Source: Anaerolineaceae bacterium (lineage in GTDB: Bacteria > Chloroflexota > Anaerolineae > Anaerolineales > Anaerolineaceae). From it: DNA of 64,000 nt. Under the pieces are notes generated by a model, which saw only the letters and a program-made list of their open reading frames with translations, was not told where the DNA came from and searched no databases. Within the stretch, counting starts at the first letter, position 1. Every line of letters starts with the position of its first letter. Where the stretch lies: assembly GCA_040772305.1 (NCBI GenBank), contig JAXGYK010000002.1, positions 187,887 through 251,886 on the forward strand, read 5' to 3'. Made by a program: the position numbers and the translations under genes. This document shows positions 8,944 to 18,277 of this stretch, in pieces.

Positions 8944-9687
8944 TTATCTCCCGTGAAGGTCTAAAAGGATCAGGTCAAAATAAGGCGCCAGAGCCTGGCG
9001 TACCTGGGCTGCTTCTGCGCCGACGCGCTCCAATTGATCGCCTGGTACTTGCAGGCGGGCTGCATTGTGAAAGATGCGTACTCGTAAATTGGAAAAGCCA
9101 AGTGCCACCAGAGCCGCCTCGGCAGCCTCAACGCGCTGCAGATCGTCCAGCTTGATTGTTTCGTTCGTGCTAATGCGGGTGGCCAGGCAGGAATAGGCGG
9201 GTTTATCCCAGGTAAAGAGGCCTGCCTTCTTGGAAAGAGAGCGAATATCAGCTTTGCTGAGACCAGCTTCGCGCAACGGGGAACGAACATCCAGCTCCTG
9301 TAATGCACGCATTCCGGGTCGCGTAGCTGGGTCATCAGAAGCATTGCTGCCATCAATTAACAGCGTATAGCCATCGGCCAGAGCTGCAGACTGCAAAGTA
9401 GTAAAAATGGCGCGTTTACAGTAGTAACAGCGTTCTTCTGAGTTTTGTATTACCTTTTGGCAGGCTAGAATATCCAGTTCTATCGTTTTGAGCTTTGCAC
9501 CTAACTGACTGCAAAGACGCAAGGCGTCTTCGTATTCAAACTGAGGTTGAAAAGCGCTGCGTACATAATATGGCTGGATATCTGCTCCATACTGCAAACT
9601 GGCGTAAAGCAAATAGGACGAATCGACACCGCCTGAGAAGCCCAGCGCTGTGTGGGCGTTAATGCGAAAGAAATCGGCTAATTGCAT
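8944..9687 (-). CDS. larE: ATP-dependent sulfur transferase LarE (PP-loop ATPase)
   Basis: PP-loop SGGVDSS near the N-terminus, CYYC pair and SCLATR motif. Start chosen at MQLADFF (9687) rather than the longest ORF (9771). Confidence 0.8.
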   Translation of the reverse strand: MQLADFFRINAHTALGFSGGVDSSYLLYASLQYGADIQPYYVRSAFQPQFEYEDALRLCSQLGAKLKTIELDILACQKVIQNSEERCYYCKRAIFTTLQSAALADGYTLLIDGSNASDDPATRPGMRALQELDVRSPLREAGLSKADIRSLSKKAGLFTWDKPAYSCLATRISTNETIKLDDLQRVEAAEAALVALGFSNLRVRIFHNAARLQVPGDQLERVGAEAAQVRQALAPYFDLILLDLHGR

Positions 9688-10001
9688 GATAATAATATCT
9701 CGTTGATACCCGTACCTATGAGTTCTGGGCTGCTTAATCGCCCGGAGAAAGAAATGCTTCTTGCCAGGCAATTCGATACCCAGCTATCTTACCTTATTTT
9801 GATCAAGAATCCGCATTCCTAGAACAGGGAACAGATGCGGGAACCAGAAAAGCCATTCAAAAATATCTGTTCCAGAACGAAAAAGAGTCCATCATCCAGA
9901 CAATTACCATCTTTGGAAATTGTCTGGATAAAAAGGTCAGGATTTAGGCTGCTTTACTCACCTGAACCTAAAAAAGAAGCAAGCGCATGCTTGGCAGACG
10001 C

Positions 10002-11231
10002 TTATATCTGCCAGTCCCCGTCTTTAAGGAGTACTACACGCTGGCCTTGGGGAGTGATGCCTGTAACTGTTACTTCTTCTGAACCAACCATAAAATCAGT
10101 ATGGATGATGGAATTGTTCATTCCCAGCTTGCGATTCTCTTCCTCGCTGCGCTCAGAAGCACCTGGCATGTTTTCAGCATATGCTTGTCCCAGGGCAAAA
10201 TGGCAGGAGGCATTTTCATCATATAGCGTGTTCTTAAAGAGGATACCCGTGGCACTGATTGGCGAATGGTGGGCAACAAGTGCTACCTCTCCCAGCCTCC
10301 GGGCGCCTTCATCGGTGTCCAGCAGGCCTTGCAGTATTTCTTTGCCCTCTCCGGCTTCAAAATCTACTACACGGCCATCTTTGAATGTGAAGCGAAAATC
10401 GTTTACCAGCTGACCGCGCAGGCTTAGCGGCATTGTAGCTGCCAATGTACCGTTTACTTTATCGGCGTGGGGCATGCCAAATATCTCCTCCGTTGGCATA
10501 TTAGGGAAGAACCATGTACCAGATTGACTTTGGGATGCGCCGCCTTCCCAACGGTTCCCTTCCACCAGGCCCACTTCCAGCTGGGTTCCGGGGCCTTCAA
10601 AAATCAGCTGATCGAAAGCCATTTTATTAAGGAATTCGATATGTCTTTTCAAAGATTCGTCATGCTCTTCCCAGGCGGCAAGCGGGGCGGGCTGGTCCAA
10701 ACGTGTGGCTTTAAAGATGTTTTCCCAAAGCTTTGCTGTGGCTTCATCGGCCGAAAGCTCAGGAAACATAGCTTTTGCCCATGCTTCGCCAGCTACTCCT
10801 GCAACACACCACTTATTCATGTTTTCCATTGTGTACTTTTTGAGGCGTCTGGTAGCCTCTCCGCTAACTTTTTGGTATTTACTGATCCTTTCCGGGTCAG
10901 CATCTTTTAGAAGTTCTGGATTGGCAGCGCTGAGAGCAAGAAATTGGTAAGAATCCTGAAACAATGCCTCGGCGTAATCCACTTCATATTCCGGGTAGAC
11001 CTCAAAAGCGGCTTCAGGCGCAAACAGATAGCGATCCAGCGCTAACTGGTCGTCCTGAAAAAGCAACTTTAGGTCCAATACGCCAGCCTTGTAGGCCTCC
11101 CGGGCAATGTGTCTTACCAGAGGGAGCCCATCGGCATTGCAGCGAACCAGAAGTTTCTCGCCGGGTTGAAGGTTAAGTCCTTTGCGGACAATTAGGTTTG
11201 CATATTTTTCGAGGCGCAGGTCGAGGTCCAT
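10002..11231 (-). CDS. M29-family aminopeptidase (AmpS/PepS-like)
   Basis: 409 aa. The N-terminus LEKYANLIVRKGLNLQPGEKLLV and the C-terminus HTDFMVGS...V are typical of thermophilic metalloprotease M29 family members. Confidence 0.8.
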   Translation of the reverse strand: MDLDLRLEKYANLIVRKGLNLQPGEKLLVRCNADGLPLVRHIAREAYKAGVLDLKLLFQDDQLALDRYLFAPEAAFEVYPEYEVDYAEALFQDSYQFLALSAANPELLKDADPERISKYQKVSGEATRRLKKYTMENMNKWCVAGVAGEAWAKAMFPELSADEATAKLWENIFKATRLDQPAPLAAWEEHDESLKRHIEFLNKMAFDQLIFEGPGTQLEVGLVEGNRWEGGASQSQSGTWFFPNMPTEEIFGMPHADKVNGTLAATMPLSLRGQLVNDFRFTFKDGRVVDFEAGEGKEILQGLLDTDEGARRLGEVALVAHHSPISATGILFKNTLYDENASCHFALGQAYAENMPGASERSEEENRKLGMNNSIIHTDFMVGSEEVTVTGITPQGQRVVLLKDGDWQI

Positions 11232-11334
11232 TTTTCTCCTTAGATCAGGGTGGTATCCTCATTATAGTTTAATGGCTCAGTCAGCTTTCCCAAGTGTGTA
11301 AAAAACCTCGCATATTGGCTTATTAGAAGTAGAA

Positions 11335-12633
11335 TTGGTTATAGAAACCATGTATTTTGACTTTGCTGCTTTCTTTCGAACGAACTATAAGGCCTTTTTT
11401 AAAGCAAAAGGCACGAACTATCGCCTCACGCCCAAACGTTTTGCAGTTTTGTTCGTTTGGCTTTTGCTCTACATACCTGCACAAGTCATCAATCGCGTTT
11501 TCTTTTTAATCGATGAGCTCGTTTTTCCTAAGTATCGCGAGCAGGAAATTATTGAGCCGCTTTTTATTATTGGAAATCCTCGCAGCGGTACAACTTTTTT
11601 GCACCGCCTTCTGGAGCTGGACAAAGAACGCTATAACAGTTTTTTGACCTGGGAAATGATTTTTGCGCCATCAGTAACACAGCGTAAACTTATTGGGGGA
11701 ATTGCTGCCATGTTGAAATGGATTGGAGTTCCACTGCAGCGTTTGCTCCGCCGCGTAAGCCGGCAAATATCGGTAGACGAAAAAGCGCATCCTATTCGTT
11801 TGAACGGTTCAGAAGAAGACGATCATATCCTGATGCACGCCTGGGCGAGTGCAACTATCTGGGGGTTTTACCCCATTCCAGAAGAGCTGCTTCCGTATTA
11901 TTTCTTTGATCGTGACCTGCCGCTGGAAAAACAGGACCAGATCATGCGCTTTTACAAGAACATGGTTCAGCGTCAGCTCTATGCCCACGGCGGAAAATTG
12001 CAATTGCTTTCAAAGAACCCCGCATTCACACCTAAACTGGCAAGCCTGCTGAGGCATTTCCCGGATGCTAAATTTATCAACCTTGCACGCAATCCATTTG
12101 AAACCTTACCTTCGATGCTGAATTATATGAGCACAGGGTGGAAGCTATTTGCAGATCCTATTGAAGAGCATCCCTACTTGCAGGATATCGTTTCTGTATT
12201 GAGTTACTACTACCGCTACCCGCTGCATTTTTTTGCTGACAAGCCAGATACCTGTCTTTTTATGAAGTACGAAGATTTAGTGCGTGAGCCCGAGGAAAGC
12301 ATCCATTCTATTTATGAGTGGCTGGGCTATGAAATTAGCCCGGCTTATGCGGAGCGACTGACGCTTCAGTTTTCCAAAGCACGGGCTTATCGCAGCCAGC
12401 ACCATTATGACCTCGCAGGTGTAGGGCTAACGGAAGAAGAAGTACTGGAAACTTTGGGAGATGTTTTTGCGCATTACGAGTTTGACTCACTGGATTACGG
12501 GCTGCCTGAACGGAAATTTTGGGGCGGCTTGGGAATGCTGCGCAAACGCTGGAAAGAGCAGCGCGAAGCCCGCCGGCGGCGGAAAGAAGAACGACGCGCT
12601 AACCGCGACTTGCATGTATCTGTAAAAAAGTAA
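11335..12633 (+). CDS. membrane-anchored sulfotransferase-family protein with basic C-terminal tail
   Basis: 5'-PSB-like motif GNPRSGTTFLHRLL, an N-terminal hydrophobic helix and a C-terminal RKRWKEQREARRRRKEERR tail. TTG at 11335; alternative ATG at 11350. Confidence 0.65.
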   Translation: MVIETMYFDFAAFFRTNYKAFFKAKGTNYRLTPKRFAVLFVWLLLYIPAQVINRVFFLIDELVFPKYREQEIIEPLFIIGNPRSGTTFLHRLLELDKERYNSFLTWEMIFAPSVTQRKLIGGIAAMLKWIGVPLQRLLRRVSRQISVDEKAHPIRLNGSEEDDHILMHAWASATIWGFYPIPEELLPYYFFDRDLPLEKQDQIMRFYKNMVQRQLYAHGGKLQLLSKNPAFTPKLASLLRHFPDAKFINLARNPFETLPSMLNYMSTGWKLFADPIEEHPYLQDIVSVLSYYYRYPLHFFADKPDTCLFMKYEDLVREPEESIHSIYEWLGYEISPAYAERLTLQFSKARAYRSQHHYDLAGVGLTEEEVLETLGDVFAHYEFDSLDYGLPERKFWGGLGMLRKRWKEQREARRRRKEERRANRDLHVSVKK

Positions 12634-12982
12634 GCCGTACTTTGATGAGCATAGTAACAAGAAACAATACTTCAGTTTGCTGACTGGGAGGGATTAAGCG
12701 GCAGGTATCCTGCGCCAATGTTCAGTGCGTTGGGATCTTAACTTTTGCCTGAGAGGAATCACCTTGACTTTTCTTTTATTCCCTCAATTGGATGCCCGAA
12801 AAGTCTGCTCCAAGAAGATTCTGGAGCGGCTGATTAGCGAGATATGCCGGCAGAGCAAAGTGATGGGGATCTTGCTCAACCTGGATTCCTACCTGCCTGA
12901 GACAAGTGACGATATGTTTGATAGAATATCAGCTTACCGCTTGGCAAATAAATCTTTACTGTAACTGGGGCAGAGAAAGCCA

Positions 12983-14065
12983 ATGAGAGAGAAGCTGGAA
13001 AAATTTTTATATCGCCACTTGCCGCACGATGAACACTTAAGTGATGATGAAAAATATTTATTTTTGATTTCGTTTCTTGCAAGCACATATGCAATATCCA
13101 TGCAGTTTTTCGTTTTTGTATTTCACCTTTTTACTGGTGTTTTACCTTTATTTTTCCTCTATCTGGGCGGTTTTCTGATTGATATATTGCTTTTTTGGCT
13201 GGTCAGGAAATACAGTTACCTACAGTTCGGCATTTTGCTTACTACGGTAGTTATCGTTGAAACCTTAGTATCCGCAATCTATATTGGGACAGACAATTTC
13301 ATAATCGTGTACCTCATTGTTACGCTTATGATGCAGATAATCATCCCCTATGCGAGTTCCCGCGTTCGTGCTCTGATGGTTCTTGCACTCTGGGGCAGCA
13401 TGGTCGCTCTCGTTATGATAAACCACTATTTGGTGCCAATCAGGGACATTGGAGACGCCAATGCTACACTTGCTTTTTTTAACATTCACCTGGCGTTTTT
13501 TGGCACCATTATCCAACTGACTATAGGAAACGTCATTTGGGACCTGATTAGAAATATAAACCAGGAAAAGCTGGAAGAAAGCATAAATCAGGCCCACACG
13601 GATGCGCTGACCGGTCTTTTCAACCGCAGGTATGCGGACACGTTTTTCAACAAGCTGAGCACCAGTCATCTTGACGAAGAATGGTGCGTCGCAATGGTGG
13701 ATATTGATGATTTTAAAGTGCTTAATGATACCCACGGACACCGGGTTGGTGACGATGTGCTGAGGTTTCTTAGCGATTTTATTAAATCAAAATTGCGCAA
13801 AACTGATGTCGTGTTTCGCTGGGGCGGAGAAGAGTTTCTGATTTTCTTAAAAGATGTCAACGCCGCCATAGCCTTTCGTATCTTAGACAAGCTGCGCGGC
13901 AAGCTGGAGTTGGAGGATATTGAAACACATGATAAGATTTTAAAAGTTACTGTAACAATCGGCGTCTGTCCTCTGGATATTTCTGATATTGAGCAAAGCA
14001 TAGACACCTGCGATCACCTTATGTACGAAGGAAAAGCTGCAGGAAAGAATATAGTGGTCATGTAA
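12983..14065 (+). CDS. membrane diguanylate cyclase (GGDEF domain, GGEEF active site)
   Basis: About 5 N-terminal TM helices, then DALTGLFNRR...DIDDFKVLNDTHGH..GD...RWGGEEFL. Confidence 0.85.
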   Translation: MREKLEKFLYRHLPHDEHLSDDEKYLFLISFLASTYAISMQFFVFVFHLFTGVLPLFFLYLGGFLIDILLFWLVRKYSYLQFGILLTTVVIVETLVSAIYIGTDNFIIVYLIVTLMMQIIIPYASSRVRALMVLALWGSMVALVMINHYLVPIRDIGDANATLAFFNIHLAFFGTIIQLTIGNVIWDLIRNINQEKLEESINQAHTDALTGLFNRRYADTFFNKLSTSHLDEEWCVAMVDIDDFKVLNDTHGHRVGDDVLRFLSDFIKSKLRKTDVVFRWGGEEFLIFLKDVNAAIAFRILDKLRGKLELEDIETHDKILKVTVTIGVCPLDISDIEQSIDTCDHLMYEGKAAGKNIVVM

Positions 14066-14147
14066 TTATTTCAACGGAATTTTCCTTTTAAGATTATTCC
14101 CTTTGATATCCGCACAGTATTCCCAGAAGGTTTCTGGGGCCTCGTTT

Positions 14148-14186
14148 AAGCCAAATAGATAAGCCAAATAGATAAGCAAAATAGAG
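14148..14186. repeat. three tandem 13-bp units AAGCCAAATAGAT / AAGCCAAATAGAT / AAGCAAAATAGAG
   Basis: Read directly. The repeat ends 9 nt before the ATG of the GGDEF-EAL gene at 14196. Confidence 0.9.
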
Positions 14187-14195
14187 GTTTCAACT

Positions 14196-17100
14196 ATGAA
14201 ACATGAAGTCATCATATCCATCATTTTTTACATTTGTGCTTGTTTTTATATGGTTTTTGGTGCAGCTAAAGTAGCTAAGAGAAGCGGTATTCATAATTTG
14301 TTTTTGTTTCTAACAAGTTCATTGGCTACTTGGGCTTTTTCATATTCCATTTCAAATTCAGCACCTACAGCGGAAGCAAGTGCTTTTTGGAGATCTTTCT
14401 CTGCTTTTGGTTGGGGCGTTTATAACAGCTTTTTGCTCCACTTTATCCTGGTTCTCACAGAATTTGATAGCCGCTTCAATAAGCGAAATACGCTTGTATT
14501 GCTTTATTTACCCGCTCTTATCAATATCATCCTGTTTGGACCCTTTGGATGCCTCGTAGAGAAACATTATCAAATGGTGCTGACCGATTTCGGCTGGGTG
14601 AGCATAACCCCGATGTATGCCGGAAAAGTTTGGCTGAACTTATACTACGTTGTATTTTCGATTGCAAGTATTATCTTACTTATTCGCTGGTACAGAGAAA
14701 TTGAACCTCATGCTCCTGAGCATCGAGACGCAAAATATTTTGTCGTATCCATCCTGCTTCTTTTCTTGATCGAAGCCCTGGTAGATGCGTTGCCAGACAT
14801 TCTTGGACGAAATTATTTTCCAAAATTGGCCGTTGTGTTTTTGATAATTCCGACAATCATGCTCTATAGAGTATTGAGGAAAACCGGACAAATTAAAAAA
14901 ATAGGGGAAGCATACTCGTTTCCGGAGTCCTCAAAAGAGCTAAGCGGAGACCGATTGCGTTTGTTTAAAACGATAACAGCCATATTAATACTAGGTGGTG
15001 CACTATCCTTTTTAATACGATACTTTGGTATGAAGGGAAAACTAGAACATGAGCTTTTACTCGCTGCGGTATTGGTGGCATTGGGTTCATTTGTAAGATT
15101 TGTACCGCTTCTAACGAGCAGGCAAACGATACAGAATACCATCTTCCTGACGATAGCTGCCTTAGCTACCTTGTATTATTCGATAGCATATGCTGAGACA
15201 GGAGCGGTAACGATATGGTCAATGTACATCATATTTCTTCTGTTTACCGTCATTCTTGAAAGCCCAATCCATGCCTATGTCTTTACCGCGATAAGCGTCA
15301 TCATTCAAGTTGTTTTCTGGATCCTTTACCCGGAAATTCCTGTCATCATCAACGGAAATGAGTATATAGCAAGAATAACTATTATTGTGCTTTCTTATAT
15401 TACTGTGCAATATATCTCAAACGAATTTACTTTAAAGATGCAGGATTATCAAGGGCTTGCAAAAGAACAAGAAGTACTCGAGAATATTTCTTCCAGTTTT
15501 ATCTCCATTAATAATGAAAACGCTTATGAAAAAGTAGATGAAATGATGGAAATGGCTGTCGAAATACTTAATTTTGACAACGCGTATTTATTTGATTTCG
15601 ATGCAGATTATGAAAATGCAATGATTCTCAATATGTATGTAAAAGATAATGAGGCTAAATCATCGCCTTTTTATCTAAAAATGAATTTTAAGATAGCAGA
15701 TTTTTTACCCTTGTTTCAGTCTCTGACCAAACGAAGCACACCTTTAATATGTGAAGACACCAGTAAGCTTCCCATTGATGAAGATGGAGGGATAAGAAAT
15801 TTCTTCTTGTCAAGAGGAGTCAATTCTTTTATTACATTACCATTAATTGTCGATGCAAGAATAGATGGAATACTTCTTGTTGAATACAACGAAAGGCTTG
15901 ATACAAGCCTCGCGCAAAACCGATTAAATTTTTTGCAAATTATCGCGAATATATTAGGGGACGCAAGGAAGAAGACTTTGTACGAAGAAAGGCTGTATCA
16001 TTCCGCTTATTTTGATGAAACTACAAAATTAGCGAACATGAATATGCTGAGGAAAAGGTTGGGGGAAATTATAGATGAGAGAAAAGAATCAGGGAAAATA
16101 GCAATCATCGACATTGAACTTGAGAACCTGAGGATGATCAACGATGCCTTTGGCCATAGAATAGGAGAGGAGATCATCATCAAATCGGCGGCAATTCTCG
16201 AAGAGCTCATGGGGGAATTTTGTTATATCTCCAGATCGAGCGAAAGGGAGTTTGTTCTTGTTTTTCCTAATGTGGAAGATTGCGAACAGATAGAGCAGTG
16301 CGCAGAAAGAATACTTGCTTCTTTTGCTAATCCCGTATTAACCGATACAGGAATTGAGGCATTATTTGTTGTCGTCCTTATGGGTATATCGGTGTATCCG
16401 GATCATGGCAGAGACGCGGATACTCTTTTGAAAAATGCCGATCTGGCAAGATTTGAAGCAAAAACTAATAATGAAAAGATTGTTTTCTATTCGGAAGAAC
16501 TGGAAAACACTATTGCGGAAAACACCTTTTTTACGAACAGGCTTTTTAAATCCTTGGAAAATGAAGAGTTTTTCCTGGAGTATCAACCTCAGATTAGCTG
16601 TAATACGGAAAAAATTGTTGGCGTCGAAGCCTTGCTCAGATGGATGAGCGACGGTAAGAAAAGAGTACCGCCGGATAGATTTGTCCCCATACTTGAGCAA
16701 ACGGGATTAATTTATGATGTGGGGCTATGGGTGCTGCAAGAAGCGCTTCAAGAGCATAAGAGGCTGATTGCAAAGGGCTTTCCACCCCTTCGTATTTCAG
16801 TAAACTTGTCAATTGTACAATTCCAGGGAGAAGATTTTATTGGCGTTTTTCGAAAAATCATAGGGGGAAGTGGGGTAAACCCGAAATATATTGAGCTGGA
16901 AGTTACAGAAAACGTGTTCTCTAAAAATCCTGAGGACGCCATTAAAAAACTGCACAGATTAAAAGACCTGGGAGTAAGTATTGCCATAGATGATTTTGGC
17001 AGAGGATACTCATCATTAAATCGCTTGAACCTGCTGCCTTTTGACAGATTAAAAGTAGATAAAGAGATCGTCGATTATATCGATTTGGAAAGAAAAAGAG

Positions 17101-17309
17101 CTCCTGTAATGGAAACCATTGTTACATTAGGTAAAGCCTTCAGTGCCGATATCACTGCCGAAGGTGTGGAAACAAAGGAGCAGGTGGAGTTTCTGAAAAG
17201 CCTGGCCTGCGATGAAATCCAAGGGTATTATTATTCAAGGCCTTTGTCGCCGGAAGCGCTGGAAGAATTCCTCAAAAATGAATGCTACGGACTTTGCTTT
17301 GCGAATTAG
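14196..17309 (+). CDS. polytopic membrane sensor with GAF, degenerate GGDEF and intact EAL domains (likely c-di-GMP phosphodiesterase)
   Basis: About 400 aa of TM helices and a GAF-like region. The GGDEF position reads SEREF. EAL motifs are intact (EALLRW, DDFGRGYSS, KVDK, EGVE, QGYYYSRP). Confidence 0.85.
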   Translation: MKHEVIISIIFYICACFYMVFGAAKVAKRSGIHNLFLFLTSSLATWAFSYSISNSAPTAEASAFWRSFSAFGWGVYNSFLLHFILVLTEFDSRFNKRNTLVLLYLPALINIILFGPFGCLVEKHYQMVLTDFGWVSITPMYAGKVWLNLYYVVFSIASIILLIRWYREIEPHAPEHRDAKYFVVSILLLFLIEALVDALPDILGRNYFPKLAVVFLIIPTIMLYRVLRKTGQIKKIGEAYSFPESSKELSGDRLRLFKTITAILILGGALSFLIRYFGMKGKLEHELLLAAVLVALGSFVRFVPLLTSRQTIQNTIFLTIAALATLYYSIAYAETGAVTIWSMYIIFLLFTVILESPIHAYVFTAISVIIQVVFWILYPEIPVIINGNEYIARITIIVLSYITVQYISNEFTLKMQDYQGLAKEQEVLENISSSFISINNENAYEKVDEMMEMAVEILNFDNAYLFDFDADYENAMILNMYVKDNEAKSSPFYLKMNFKIADFLPLFQSLTKRSTPLICEDTSKLPIDEDGGIRNFFLSRGVNSFITLPLIVDARIDGILLVEYNERLDTSLAQNRLNFLQIIANILGDARKKTLYEERLYHSAYFDETTKLANMNMLRKRLGEIIDERKESGKIAIIDIELENLRMINDAFGHRIGEEIIIKSAAILEELMGEFCYISRSSEREFVLVFPNVEDCEQIEQCAERILASFANPVLTDTGIEALFVVVLMGISVYPDHGRDADTLLKNADLARFEAKTNNEKIVFYSEELENTIAENTFFTNRLFKSLENEEFFLEYQPQISCNTEKIVGVEALLRWMSDGKKRVPPDRFVPILEQTGLIYDVGLWVLQEALQEHKRLIAKGFPPLRISVNLSIVQFQGEDFIGVFRKIIGGSGVNPKYIELEVTENVFSKNPEDAIKKLHRLKDLGVSIAIDDFGRGYSSLNRLNLLPFDRLKVDKEIVDYIDLERKRAPVMETIVTLGKAFSADITAEGVETKEQVEFLKSLACDEIQGYYYSRPLSPEALEEFLKNECYGLCFAN

Positions 17310-17514
17310 GATATTGCTTTGTCAGAGGTATTGGAAACTGCGATTCAGGAACTTCAGCAGGCAGCCCCATCGTTCTGCCAGGGAGATGCTTCCTTAATGA
17401 CAGAGTACAGGAACCTGCCAGTGGGCTACAGAGAGGTGGTGACCATCAGTAGGTGCCAGGTCAAACAGCTTGATTTTACGCCCTAAATGAGGTTTCTAAA
17501 GTCTTTACAAGGGT

Positions 17515-17540
17515 TTGCAAAGACCTGAATGTGGTATATT
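17515..17540 (+). promoter_or_regulatory. putative extended -10 promoter upstream of infC
   Basis: TGg-TATATT at 17532-17540. A weak -35 TTGCAA lies at 17515-17520 with only a 14-nt spacer. Hairpin GTTCTC-TGTA-GAGAAC follows in the leader. Confidence 0.3.
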
Positions 17541-17606
17541 AAGATTTGAGTTCTCTGTAGAGAACAATTGTTTATTAAGTCTATAGTAAAACAAGGAGAT
17601 AAGAAG

Positions 17607-18185
17607 ATTAGCAATAAAGCCGAATATCGTATTAATGAACGTATTCGAACCGAGCGCGTGCGCTTGGTCGATGAAAATGGAGAGAATGTTGGGATTGTTA
17701 CGATCAACGAAGCACTGCAGCACGCCGACGCCGTAGGGCTGGACTTGGTTGAAATTGCCCCTAATGCCAATCCCCCAGTTTGCAAGGTTATCAACTATAG
17801 CAAGTTCCTTTACGAAAAAGAGAAAAAGGAACGCGAGGCTCGCAAAGCTCAGACGAAAATTGAGATCAAAGAGATTCGCTTACGGCCCAAAACCGGCGAG
17901 CATCATCGCGGTTTTAAGGTGCGGGATGCGCGCGGCTGGTTACAAAACGGGATGAAAGTGCGGGTTACCGTACGTTTTAGGGGACGTGAGATCACCTATC
18001 CAGAGCTTGCATTGGAAGATTTGCGCGAGATCGCTGAAGAACTTCAGGACGTTGCAGATATCGAACAAGCCCCCAATATGGATGGCAGGAGTATGTCGAT
18101 GATGCTGGCACCCCGCAAGGAAAAGAATCTGCCTGGTGGGCAAACGGAAAAAAAGGCGGAAAGCTGCCGTAAATTAAGTTCTTGA
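17607..18185 (+). CDS. infC: translation initiation factor IF-3, probable ATT start
   Basis: The IF-3 sequence (RINERIRTERVRLVDENGE...) is clear. In-frame ATT at 17607 lies 8 nt after a strong SD AAGGAG (17593-17598). The longest ORF, from TTG 17568, has no SD. Confidence 0.9.
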   Translation: MSNKAEYRINERIRTERVRLVDENGENVGIVTINEALQHADAVGLDLVEIAPNANPPVCKVINYSKFLYEKEKKEREARKAQTKIEIKEIRLRPKTGEHHRGFKVRDARGWLQNGMKVRVTVRFRGREITYPELALEDLREIAEELQDVADIEQAPNMDGRSMSMMLAPRKEKNLPGGQTEKKAESCRKLSS

Positions 18186-18277
18186 CTCGCTAGATAATCT
18201 GGTATACTCTTTGTTTGGTTTATGACCAACGGCTGTGTACGTCTGCAGCCGTTGGATTTTCTAAGAGGAGTTTGATC

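Noticed and set aside
9835-10413. 192-aa plus-strand ORF
   Set aside because: It is mostly antisense to the M29 aminopeptidase. Its Ser/Pro-rich composition is typical of off-frame translation.
12725-12964. 79-aa ORF at the left edge of the AT-rich islet
   Set aside because: It has no SD and no motif, and it sits at the compositional transition. It may be a gene remnant, but I cannot support a call.
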